In this document: positions 23,552 through 34,754 of the stretch, in pieces
How the letters are laid out: each line of letters begins with the position of its first letter
Position numbering within the stretch: the first letter of the stretch is position 1
Assembly: GCA_964016885.1 (NCBI GenBank)
Contig: OZ024742.1
Span: forward strand, 284,642,001 to 284,706,000
DNA length: 64,000 nt
From: Eledone cirrhosa
Lineage: Eukaryota
Direction of reading: 5' to 3'
Made by a program: the position numbers and the translations under genes
Notes under the pieces: model-generated
What the model was told of the DNA's origin: nothing
The model's input: the letters and a program-made list of their open reading frames with translations, nothing else
The model's database searches: none

Positions 23552-23732
23552 ACGTACATACATACATACATACATACATACATACATACATACATACATA
23601 CATACATACATAAATGCATGCACGCATGTATACATACATACATACATACATACATACATACATACATACATACATACATACATACATACATACATACATG
23701 CACGCATGTATACATACATACATACATACATA
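23552..23732. repeat. (TACA)n microsatellite
   Basis: Direct observation. Confidence 0.95.
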
Positions 23733-23834
23733 CAGTATGCGGCATAGATTAATGACATAGATGCATGCAGATTTGACATAATGGTAGCACGCCATGCGTG
23801 GTAGGATGTCAGGCAGTTTAGCATTACATACATA

Positions 23835-24243
23835 TCACCACCACCACTACCACCACCAACAACAACACCAGCTACAACACCAACTACAACACCACCACCA
23901 CCAATACCATCACCAACAACAACACCAGCTACAACACCACCACCAATACCACCACCACCAACAACACCACCAACAATACCACCACAACAACAGCAGCTAC
24001 AACACCACCAACAACAACAACAACACCAGCTACAACACCAGCTACAACACCAGCTACAACACCAGCAACACCAACAACAGCAGCTACAACACCAACAACA
24101 ACACCAGCAACAATAGCAACACCACCACCAACAACAACAACAACACCAGGTACAACACCACCACCAACCACAACACCAGCTACAACACCATCAACAATAC
24201 CACCACCAATACCCCCCCCCCCCCCCTCCCCCCATCACCACCA
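23835..24243. repeat. (CAC/CAA)n cryptic trinucleotide repeat
   Basis: Direct observation. Confidence 0.9.
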
Positions 24244-24309
24244 CTGTTAGCAGTTCAATCAGCCACGTAGAGGTTCTGTGGTTAGCTCGTCAGTGTATGT
24301 ATAATTAAT

Positions 24310-24430
24310 GGTTTCTGATTAAAGCACAAGGCCAACAATTTTTGGGGAAAAGTCGATCAGATCCACCCCAGTTCATTACTGGCACTTTACTTTATCGACC
24401 CCGTAAGGATGAAAGGCAAAGCTGACCTCT
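24310..24430 (-). mobile_element. SINE-like fragment
   Basis: Roughly reverse-complementary to 34500-34610 (GAGGTC..CTTTGCC.TTCATCCTT...ATAAA....GT.CCAGT...CTGGG). Confidence 0.55.
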
Positions 24431-24769
24431 ATGTATGTGTGTCTGTGCGTGTGCCTTTGTGTGTATGTGAGCTTTTGTGTATGGACGTGGTTGTGTGTGT
24501 GCGTCAAAACAGAACTCTCTCCGACATCTTCACATTAACTCTAGCGTCATCATCTCGTCTTAATGACATCCCAGCTTGCCACCTCCAGTTAGACACAATC
24601 ATCTGCTAATCAAATCACTTTACATTCTTCACTTAATCTCCAGTCAAAAGCACCACCATTTCACAAATTTCACATGCTCCCCACCTCTTCCGATTTCATC
24701 TTTACACCCCTGACCGTATTTTTAATGACCACATATTCCGTAATGAAATTCGACAATCTGGTAACATTA

Positions 24770-25215
24770 AATAGGTGGCGAATTGGTAAAGTCTAGAACG
24801 TTAGATAGAGAGCTTTTCAGGTATTCGTTATGGCTCGCTGCGTCCTAAGTTTTAATCCCGACGGTTCTATGAAACAAAATCATCCATTTTAAAGGATCTT
24901 AATAATTTTAGTAAATCCCTTCAGTAAATTCTTCATTTATTTATTGAACGGAAAATGGAAAGAGGCCGATCATGACATTTCTCTTTCCATCTCTCATACT
25001 ATCTGCCGATCGCAAGTCCTGGCGTAAGGAGGTGGGATTTGAACTCAGAACCTACAGATTTGGATCTGATACCGCTAAGCATCCTGTCCGATTCTTTAAC
25101 AATTCCGCCAATCCACAGCCTGAAAGTTGATTTCAGCGGGATTTTAACCCAGATAGCAGTAGGCCGGAATAATTACCGAAATATTTAATCCGGCGTCTTA
25201 ACGATTCTACCTATT
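24770..25215. mobile_element. Several decayed tRNA-derived SINE heads on both strands
   Basis: A/B-box-like pieces (GGGATTTGAACTCAG at about 25035, GGGATTTTAACCCAG at about 25138), similar to 34090-34410. Confidence 0.45.
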
Positions 25216-25429
25216 GCCTGTCTTATCTTAGTAATGAACTAGTCAAATTCTTCATAACCTTTCATTGACTGATCCATGCTGCCGTCGTTAGTCATACAGT
25301 GATTAATTTTACGTGCAGTTGAGCCCTGCTTATATAGTTCTAAATCTAACTGTGTACAGCAAGTTTACATTTTGTGTCAAATACTACATGTGCTCACATA
25401 GTACTAAATGATGGTTTAAAGCAGGTGTT

Positions 25430-26470
25430 TACACACATATATAACTTCTTTGTGGATGACCTGAAACTTTATGCCAAGAATATATATGGTATAAAAAATC
25501 TTGACCTGGTTACGACGTTCTCGAAAGATATTGGAATGTAGTTTGACCAGGATAAATATGATTGTAAAGCGAGGAAAAAAATAAAGCTAGCAACATCTCT
25601 ATTAATGGCTTGACTGTTTCACCGGTATCTGGCGAGGACTGCTACAGATACTTAGGGAGAATGAAAATATATCCTATGATGGAATTTGTAACAAGGTACG
25701 AGTAACCAGGGAATATAACATCCGAATAAGAAAAACATGATCTTCTGAACTCTCTGCACACAATAAATCAGTGACCCACAATGTGTTTACTATGTCTGTG
25801 CTGACACCAACATTTGGACCACTTGACTGGACGCTTGATGTGATCAGAGCCATTGATGTTAAAACCGAAAAGTTCTAACCGGCACCGGAAATTTCCACAT
25901 CACCAGTGACCGCCTCTGCCTGAAACGTAAACAGGGAGACAAAGGCTTAACATCAATTCAAATAGCATTTGAATGGCACATTATATCCCTCAGAAAACAT
26001 CTACAAACCACCAAGCGTAGAAGCCCAATTATAGAACAAGCCTGTCTACACGAGGCAGATAACATCATGAGAGTTGAGAAGGAACGCCTTGAGAAATGCT
26101 CACACCGGGAAATTGCATAGTAATACCGCAATGAATCCACAGATGAAAAGCTACATGCTCATCAGTCAAAACTCCAGCATGCCTGTGTTGAACAGAAAGC
26201 TTTACAGAGAGACTAATATAGATAAACAAAATAGTCTATTTGGACTAACAACCGCCAAATCAGCTCTCTCTCTCTCTCTCTCTGAAGGGTATGCTTTTTG
26301 CAATCCAAGAACAGGAAATAACAACGAAATAACGAATGTACAAAAGAGATACGGATGCAGGTAAAACACCTAGATGTGACAACAGATGCAGACTCTGGAC
26401 ATATAATAAAACAAAAACATTGTTTACATTTTCAGCACCTGTCTGACGATAACGCATTAAATAACTATTA
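25430..26470 (+). pseudogene. Decayed R4/Dong-like non-LTR retrotransposon (RT C-half)
   Basis: FFVDDLKLYAKN, FSKDIGM, YRYLG, SELSAHNK, LTPTFGPLDWT...IDVKT, RKQGDKGLTSI, AIQEQEITTK. Heavily frameshifted. Confidence 0.72.
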
Positions 26471-26784
26471 TAATGTCTTTAAAATGTACATAAACTGGAG
26501 TAGAATATATGTAACTGTCTCTCTTCTTCAAAGTTCATATTGATACTCCGTCTGATACCATATACATAATAACTTATGGATACCTATGACGTGGAGTGCT
26601 CATGCTTAATTACACTATAATTAGTTCATTGTTTGGATCAACTAACACGGGTTATCGAAACACACACACACATACACGTACATACATACACACATACACA
26701 CACACATACATACACGTACATACATACACGCATACACACACATACACATACACACGCATACATACACACACAAATATGTATATA

Positions 26785-27110
26785 TCATCATCATCATCGT
26801 AGTTTTTACGTCCGTTTTTCTACACTTGCATAGGTTGGACGGGTCCTTCTCAGCACAGTATCTCTCCTTTGTGAGTCTCTGTGATTTGAGGTCAGTTCTC
26901 ACAACCTCTGCCCAGATCTTTCTTGGTCTACCTCTATTGCGACTTCCTTTCATTGGCATTTCCTAGCATTTCTTCACCTATTGGTCATCGTTCATGCGCA
27001 TCACATGTCCGTACAAAACACAGTCTTCTCGCCTGCACACCACTTCGGATTCCTCTTAAACCCAGTTTCTCCCTAAATTCATCCAAGCTCTGCCTTTCTC
27101 TCACGTTTAC
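26785..27110 (-). mobile_element. RTE-like LINE 3' fragment with a (GAT)n tail
   Basis: Minus-strand peptides EFREKLGLRGIRSGVQARRL and GSRNRGRPRKIWAEVVRTDL. (TCA)n on + at about 26785-26798. Confidence 0.7.
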
Positions 27111-27245
27111 AACCAACAACCAACGAGCAGATGGTACTGGAGTCAGGTCTTTCATATCGATAAAGACTTCAAGCCAATCATCTGTAACATATATATAAAG
27201 TGTGTATATATAATATACATACACACACAGACATCTATATATATT

Positions 27246-27276
<31 letters not shown>

Positions 27277-27605
27277 GGTAAAAACCCGACCGCGACGCCT
27301 AGCGGTTTAGGCTTGTATTCGGCATCACGGTCGGATTTTTGCCTTCCTCTATACTCACTCTGCTTCTTCCCATGCATAGAGTACTCCCCTGATTTGTGGT
27401 CTCCTCGGTCGCGTTACCGAAGACTGTCGAAATTGCCAAAGTCAACCTCAACGGCCGATGACCCTGGAATTCTGTGTCTTTCGTTTGTATTTTTATTTTT
27501 AAAAAAAAAAAAAAATGTTTAAAGGTTCCCTTAAAAAATTGTTTTTCCTTTTGCCTTGTTTTCGTTCGTTGTTTTGTCCTCTCTTATAATTTTCCTAAGT
27601 TTGGA

Positions 27606-28255
27606 CTTTTCGCTCCATTGAGTGCTTTGTGATTGCCTCAAACAAATCGAATAGTACATGCTGTACGGCAGCTACAACTTCGGTTTATTCATAATATAAT
27701 TTATTCTCCTAGATTCATGTATACGATCGATGACGGTTTAGTTATTTTTTGTTTGCAAACACAAGTGGAGAGCTTTTGTTTTGCGGCTATGAGAATTCCT
27801 TTGTTTTCACACCTCGAAAATAACCGCCATAACTTCGGCCAACTTAACCTTCCTCTTTTGAAAAAGGCCACATGACGATACAGGCAGAATTACTACTGTA
27901 GGTAAAATGCCTCTGTCGCCAAACCGAAATTTGGATTAAAACGAACAAAACCAGACGAAAATGGTTTACTCCAGTTCCATCGTGGAAGTGCACACATGTA
28001 TTGCATATGCATTATGCAACTTGTTATGTAGGTTCCAAGAAACCTATCTGAGATTTTTATCAATTTTAATCAACAAGAGTAGGTGCAGGTTAGTGTCATC
28101 CTTTCTGTATCTATTGTTTTTATGGTATACGTATGGCCACTGCCTTGGTGTCTTGTTTACTCTGGAGGATAAAGCTTTTCACTCCATTGAGTGCTTTGTG
28201 ATTGCCTCAAACAAATCGAATAGCACATGCTGTATGTACTACAACTTCGGTTTAT
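27606..28255 (+). repeat. About 80-bp direct repeat with a 569-bp period, ending near (TA)n
   Basis: CTTTTC.CTCCATTGAGTGCTTTGTGATTGCCTCAAACAAATCGAATAG occurs at 27606 and 28175. Confidence 0.8.
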
Positions 28256-28269
28256 ACCTAATATGTGTG

Positions 28270-28368
<99 letters not shown>

Positions 28369-28459
28369 CAGCTCACACCTATGCGGGTTTAGCTGGTCTC
28401 CTCTAAGGTATATCTCGTTGGCGGTGTCTTGGGTAATTTAATGATAGGGACTCTAGTCC

Positions 28460-28600
28460 TATCATCTCATTTCTACAGCTGAGTAAACTGGAGTAACGTG
28501 AAATAAAGTGTCTTGCTCAACACATCACCCGATCCGAGAATTGAACTCACAACCTTTAGATTTCAAGCCCAATGCTCTAACTACTAAGCCATGCGCCTTC
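28460..28600 (-). mobile_element. tRNA-derived SINE 5' part
   Basis: Minus strand reads GGCGCATGGCTTAGTAGTTAGAGCATTGGGC...GTGAGTTCAATTCTCGG, an A-box/B-box-like tRNA head. Related to 22825-23070. Confidence 0.65.
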
Positions 28601-29393
28601 ACATGGAATTGGTGTCAGTTATAACTGACACCAATTCCTTTACCTATTTTGGCTCCACTTCCACCTCCTTTAAAGCTCGTCTTTATAACCATCATTCGTC
28701 TTTTAAATACAAACTTAAAAGAACCAACACGGCTCTCTCAGAACTCATATGGTCCTTGAAAGACAAAAATATTAAATATAGCATCTTTTGGAAAAAGGTT
28801 TCTATTAGTTCTCTATCCAAGATTTGTAATCTCTGTCTAAATGAAAAATTTACCATTATATCTAATTTAGATTCTATAATAAATAGACGCACTGACTTGT
28901 TTTCTCTCTGCTTGCATAAATTCCACAAAACATTCCACAAAGTATACAGCTAATATCCAAAACTTTATCAATTTAGAATCTTTTTCTCAAAGGCACATAT
29001 ATATACTTCTTTAAAAATATACCCATCTTTCTACCTTATTTCAAAGTTATTTATTATACATTATATAATACTTGTTACTCATTCTATATCACTCCTATTT
29101 ATCACTTCCCTTTCTTCATTTTCCCTTTCTTCTCTTTTTCTTTTAATGTTTAACCCCTAATCTGTACCTTTTCTCACTGTTGCCTAACATAGAAACAATT
29201 ATTACACAATACAATACATTCTTACTTTATATTACCTTGCAAAAATCCTTCGTAAACATAAACATTTTTTGACGTTAGATTATTCATCCTCAATTCATTA
29301 TTTTTTTTCTCCCTTTCATCTAACTTATTCATGCTCATCTCACAATATATCCTTACTTACATTACTTGTTGTTCTTTTTAATAATACATATCA

Positions 29394-29550
29394 ACATTTT
29401 CTTTCCATCGCACATATTATTAGACCCTTAAATATTATTCTTAATACATATTAACATTTTCTTTCTATCGCACATATTATTAAACCCTTAAATATTATTC
29501 TTAATACATATTAACATTTTCTTTTCATCGCACATATTATTAAACCCTTC
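29394..29550 (+). repeat. 60-bp tandem repeat (about 2.6 copies) within the PLE 3'UTR
   Basis: CTTT..ATCGCACATATTAT at 29401, 29461 and 29521. Confidence 0.85.
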
Positions 29551-29907
29551 AATATACAAACCTTAACTTTACATTATTTTTTCCTTCGTTAATTTTCAAA
29601 TTCTTTTAATTTATACATTATCTTCCAACGGTTTTTCAACCTCTCTATGTAAAACAATATATTTCTCTCAGTTATAAAAGCTATCTCTCTCTCTCTATCA
29701 GCCATCTCTCCTCCTATCTCATCCTTCCTCATTATACTCCTCCCTCTCCACTTTTTACTCTCATCTCCTCCTCTTTTTCATCCCCTCCCCCCCTTAAAAA
29801 ATATATATTTTTCCCAATATCACACATCAATCTAAAACTACTTTTCATATGTTGATTTAAAACTGCACTATCCACAAGTGTTTTTTAACCTTCATATCAT
29901 GTCTTCC

Positions 29908-29978
29908 TATTTTATCTGATGAAAACACAAATATTATTGCATGATGATATTTGTTTTTGAAATGCGCATAATAAAATA
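29908..29978 (+). ncRNA. Type I hammerhead ribozyme (family 2, third copy)
   Basis: TATTTTAT, CTGATGA (29916-29922), stem II, GAAA (29959-29962), TGCGCA, TA, ATAAAATA. Confidence 0.87.
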
Positions 29979-30006
29979 CATGGAACTCTTTTAACCATCT
30001 TTTGTT

Positions 30007-30156
<150 letters not shown>

Positions 30157-30211
30157 AATATACATATATATATATATAGAATTCACAAGAATCAAAGATA
30201 TGTTCAAAGCA

Positions 30212-30262
30212 TTTATTCACTTACAATTGTTTCATCCAAACCTAGGCTTGGGGTCTTCGAAC
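30212..30262 (-). ncRNA. Degenerate hammerhead-like motif plus AATAAA (possible family 7)
   Basis: Minus strand TCGAAGA, CCAAGCC/GGTTTGG stem, GAAA, palindromic CAATTG, TA, then AATAAA and (TA)n about 35 nt later. Core is non-canonical and there is no clear stem I. Confidence 0.4.
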
Positions 30263-30530
30263 CATTTTTCAATGTTTGTACATATAATTGACCTCCTTTC
30301 CAACGCAAGAGACATACAGATACATATATATATATTGATGTACAGTGACATATATTATACTATACTATTTGTGTACAGCAATTCAAATTCAAAATCAAAA
30401 TCAAAATCAAAGTTAAAATAAAAATCAAAATGCAAGAGGATAGTTTGATAGTCAGATCTATGATATGAATAAGTAAAATAACTTGACTTTGTTATTATTT
30501 TCATTGTTAAATTAATAGCTTATATCCTCT

Positions 30531-30627
<97 letters not shown>

Positions 30628-30781
30628 GTAGATAAATCTACCAAGAGTTTACGGTAGTGTCCAATCCGTATGAAGAACTCAATGTATTCCGGAAATCATG
30701 GAAAGAAGAGATGTAATGAAAAATCACTTTCGGTGAAAGATAAACGGTATACAGAGTCAAGATATTGTTTAATATTTTATA

Positions 30782-31621
30782 TTTATATATATATAAAACT
30801 GAGGATGTCTGTCTCTGTGTGTGTGTGTGAGTTTGAATCCCTAAAGCTCGAGAACCACCCAACCGACTGTTTTCAAACTTTACACATGTACTACTTATGT
30901 TTCAGGGAGTGTTCTGAGCAAAACAAATTTCAAATTTTCAATGCCCTAAGGACCGCATTAGGCGATTTAGCGATATCTCTCTTTAATTCTTAGTCTTTCT
31001 CTTTTTAGATAGATACATACATATAACGTCGCGCCCTTAAAATATCTGTCTGTATGTCTGACTGTCTGCATTACGTCACTTCCCTGGGGATGTGTGTGTG
31101 TGTGTGTGTGAGTTTGAATCCCTTAAACTCGAGAAGTACCCAACCGATTTTTTCAAACTTTACATGTGTATTACTTGTTTGGGGGGGGGGTGTTATGCAC
31201 ATAAAAAAAATTCAACTTTTTCATCCCCTAGGTATGTATTAGTCAGTCTCTTCTTCATACCGTGAGCAAAGAAAATTCAACTTTTTTATGGCCTAGGGCC
31301 CTCATTAGGTGAAAAACTTTTTTTTTTCAGCTTTTTATGTCTTTTTGGAGGCGTTACGTCTAGCCGATTTTCCCGAAATTTCAAGGCATATTATGCACAT
31401 AAAAAAAATTCATTTTCTTGAATCCCTAGGGCCCGCATTAGGTGAAAACCTGCATTTTTCCTGCTTCATCGAGGAAAATCTTAAAGATTATGCAGCCATC
31501 AGAGTATTCGGTTTATATATTTTACATATTGTCGACGCATGCAGTTTTTCCACGATAAGGTCTGTTGGCAGTCCGCGTTCCTAAATACCACATCCCGTGC
31601 AACGCCGGGTACTACTGCTAG
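30782..31621 (+). mobile_element. Non-autonomous Helitron (about 840 bp)
   Basis: 3' hairpin CCCG-TGCAACGC-CGGG (31594-31609) 8 nt before a terminal CTAG (31618-31621) followed by T. 5' end TTTATATATATATAAAACT preceded by A (A|T target; TT instead of canonical TC). Internal sub-repeats. Confidence 0.72.
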
Positions 31622-31924
31622 TATATCATATAAAGAGAGAGGAAGGGACAGAGATACAGGGAGAGAGATGGGGTTTAGAAATGTGTATATTTCCTTAGAA
31701 ATATAACGACGAAAGAGTTAATCTGGTTGTTGGCTGCTAGCTGCATGGTATCACGAAGACAGAGGTTAAGAATGCCATCAGGGCTGGAAGGCTGACGAGA
31801 TGATAAACTATGGAAGTCAATTAGTGTCATATGATGAAATGTTCATCTTGAAGTGTCGGATTTTTTGTTGTGGACCGGAGCAAGACATGTTATAACCACG
31901 GTAGTGATAACCATCTATCTCCGT

Positions 31925-32417
31925 GTATATGTAATGTGTGTATCTCTGTATGTATATGGAGTGTGTGTGGGAGTGAATGTCCGTATGTGTGGTGTAGGTG
32001 TATGTATGTGTGTATGTGGGTGTGTTTGGTGTATGTGTATACGTGGTGCGTGTGTAGGGTGAATGTGGTGTGTGTGAATATGGTGTGTGTGTGTATGGTG
32101 TGTGTGCGTGTGTGTCTATATATGTACGGGTGTGGTGTGTGTGTATGTGTATGTATGGTATGTGTGTGTGTGATACGTATGTGAATCAAGGCGGGTGTGT
32201 GGTGTGAGTGTATGGGTGTGTATATGTGAATATGTGTGTATGTAGTGGGTGTGGTGGGTGTAGGTGTGTGTATGGGTGTGTGCATGTGTCACTAGTAGCA
32301 GTTGGTAATGGTGGTGTTGTGGCGGTGATGATGGTAGTAGCGTTGTGGTTAGTGGTGGTGGTAGCGGTGATAATTGTCTTGTTACTTGTGGCCTTCCTAG
32401 TGGCAAGCTCTTGTATC

Positions 32418-32458
<41 letters not shown>

Positions 32459-32780
32459 AATTGCGGTATTGGTGGTGACGACACTCGGTTGAAACTGGGT
32501 GGTGGTGGTGGTGGTGGTGATGATGGTGGTGGTAGTGGTGGTAGTGAAAATATTCGCGGCGGTGATAATAAAATATGATACTACTAATGTTAGTGTGTGT
32601 ATGTTTGTGTGTCTGTGTGTGTATGAATGTATATGTGTATGTATGTGTGTATGTGTGCGTGTATATGGGTGTGTGTATTATGTTTGTATGTACGCATGTG
32701 TGTATGTAAGTGTGTGTAACTGAGCATGTGTGTATCTATATGTGTGTATGTATGTGTGAGCTAAGTATTTGTATGTATGA
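31925..32780. repeat. GT-rich low complexity with (TAG)n and (GGT)n
   Basis: Direct observation. Confidence 0.9.
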
Positions 32781-32916
32781 AGTAAAAGCCCTTCCGTTGC
32801 ATTACCGACCACCATGTAAGCCTCTGCACACAACCTTTCGATCTGCTGGAAATATCAGCTAAATCTCTCTCAAACGACACACTACGGTTTTAGAGTATGA
32901 AGAACACTAAGCCAGC

Positions 32917-33884
32917 GATTCCCAGCCTGTGTTTCACAGATCCCTGGATTCCCAGCCTGTGTTTCACAAGTCCCTGAATTCCCAGCCTGTGTTTCACAGA
33001 TCCCTGGATTCCCAGCCTGTGTTTCACAGATCCCTGGATTTCCAGCCTGTGTTTCACAGATCCCTGGATTCCCAGACTGTGTTTCACGGATCCCTGAATT
33101 CCCAGCCTGTGTTTCACAGATCCCTGGATTCCCAGCCTGTGTTTCACAAGTCCCTGAATTCCCAGCCTGTGTTTCACAAGTACCTGGATTCCCAGCCTTT
33201 GTTTCACAGATCCCTGGATTCCCAGCCTGTATTTCACAGATCCCTGGATTTCCAGCCTGTGTTTCACAGATCCCTGGATTCCCAGACTGTGTTTCACGGA
33301 TCCCTGAATTCCCAGCCTGTGTTTCACAGATCCCTGGATTCCCAGCCTGTGTTTCACAAGTCCCTGGATTCCCAGCCTGTGTTTCACAAGTACCTGGATT
33401 CCCAGCCTTTGTTTCACAGATCCCTGGATTCCCAGCCTGTATTTCACAAGTCCCTGGATTCCCAGCCTGTTTCACAAGTCCCTGGATTCCCAGCCTGTGT
33501 TTCACGGATCCCTGAATTCCCAGCCTGTGTTTCACAGATCCCTGGATTCCCAGCCTGTGTTTCACAAGTCCCTGGATTCCCAGCCTGTGTTTCACAAGTA
33601 CCTGGATTCCCAGCCTTTGTTTCACAGATCCCTGGATTCCCAGCCTGTATTTCACAAGTCCCTGGATTCCCAGCCTATTTCACAAGTCCCTGGATTCCCA
33701 GCCTGTGTTTCACAGATCCCTGGATTCCCAGCCTGTGTTTCACAGATCCCTGAATTCCCAGCCTGTGTTTCACAAGTCCCTGGATTTCCCTGGATTCCCA
33801 GCCTGTGTTTCACAGATCCCTGGATTCCCAGCCTTTGTTTCACAGGTCCCTGGATTCCCAGACTGTGTTTCACGGATCCCTGGA
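32917..33884. repeat. 30-bp minisatellite (about 32 copies), unit GATTCCCAGCCTGTGTTTCACAGATCCCTG
   Basis: Direct observation. Variant pattern recurs every 210 bp. Confidence 0.97.
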
Positions 33885-34084
33885 AACACGCAAATGCTGT
33901 TGCATTGGGCTACTGTGCGCTTGTGTTGACATACCTATCAAAAGTCAGGATTGCCATGGGAAAATGTGTTGTTATTGTGCCGCTAACTGATCCGGAGTAT
34001 AGAGGATGGCGAAATCTGATTAGCTAAAATATCGTTAAAATTCAGTTTTTAAAGTAACTTTTTCATATAATTAATTTCTGTGGG

Positions 34085-34680
34085 CGCTGTGGATTGGCAG
34101 AATCGTTAGAACGTCAGGCAAATGCGAAGCAGTATTTGTCCTGATTCGTAGCAATGCTTTCGTCATCTTGTCCACGGGGTGCAGCCGTGATATACCGTCC
34201 AGCTGTGGGTGTAGAGATTTCCGTTCCCTATTACTCACCCATTTTTCTTTTATCTTTCCTTAACTTTTTCCTCAATAAAATAGTATTTCCTTCTAATATG
34301 CATCAATACGTAGAGTGGTGGATTGGTAGAATTTGTAGAACGTCCGATAAAATGCCCTTGTGATATTTGTTCTGGCTCTTTACATTCTAAGTTCAAATCC
34401 CGCTGGAATCAACCGATGTCGATAAAATAAAATACCAGCCTGGGGTTGTTTTGCTCGGTATTTGTTCTGGCTCTTGCCATTCTGTGTTCAAATTCCGACG
34501 AGGTCGCTTTGCCGTTCATCCTTCCAGGTTCAATAAAATAAAGTACCAGTTAAGTACTGGGATAGAAGTAACTGACTTTCTTTTTGCCTAAATTGTTGGC
34601 GTGGTGTCTAAATAAAAAATGATTATTAATTTCTCTGCGAGGCAATAGAATGGCAGAATTGCGCCTAAATTAGAAGCAAA
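34085..34680 (+). mobile_element. Cluster of decayed SINE fragments
   Basis: Repeated TGGCAGAATCGTTAGAACG-like heads (about 34095, 34325, 34651), GTTCAAAT(C/T)CCG B-box-like motifs (34391, 34487) and a shared body. Confidence 0.55.
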
Positions 34681-34754
34681 TACTTTTAATCATTGGGATT
34701 TTCGTAATCAGCATGCAAAACTACAAACTCTGATACTTCATTTAAATAAATAGA

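Noticed and set aside
20757-24270. YI-, LS-, MYVC- and His/Gln/Asn-rich ORFs
   Set aside because: Microsatellite translations.
28520-28600. tRNA gene
   Set aside because: A/B-box-like head without a complete cloverleaf, continuing into a SINE body shared with 22825-23070.
30660-30755. Possible HHR (CCGT-ATGAAGA...GAAA...TA-AACGG)
   Set aside because: Core is mutated and stems II and III are not convincingly paired.
32917-33884. CRISPR-like 30-bp periodicity
   Set aside because: No unique spacers, no cas genes, and a eukaryotic repeat context.
32882-34027. ORFs of (HRLGIQGSVK)n and (QAGNPGICET)n
   Set aside because: Translation of a 30-bp minisatellite, open in multiple frames on both strands.
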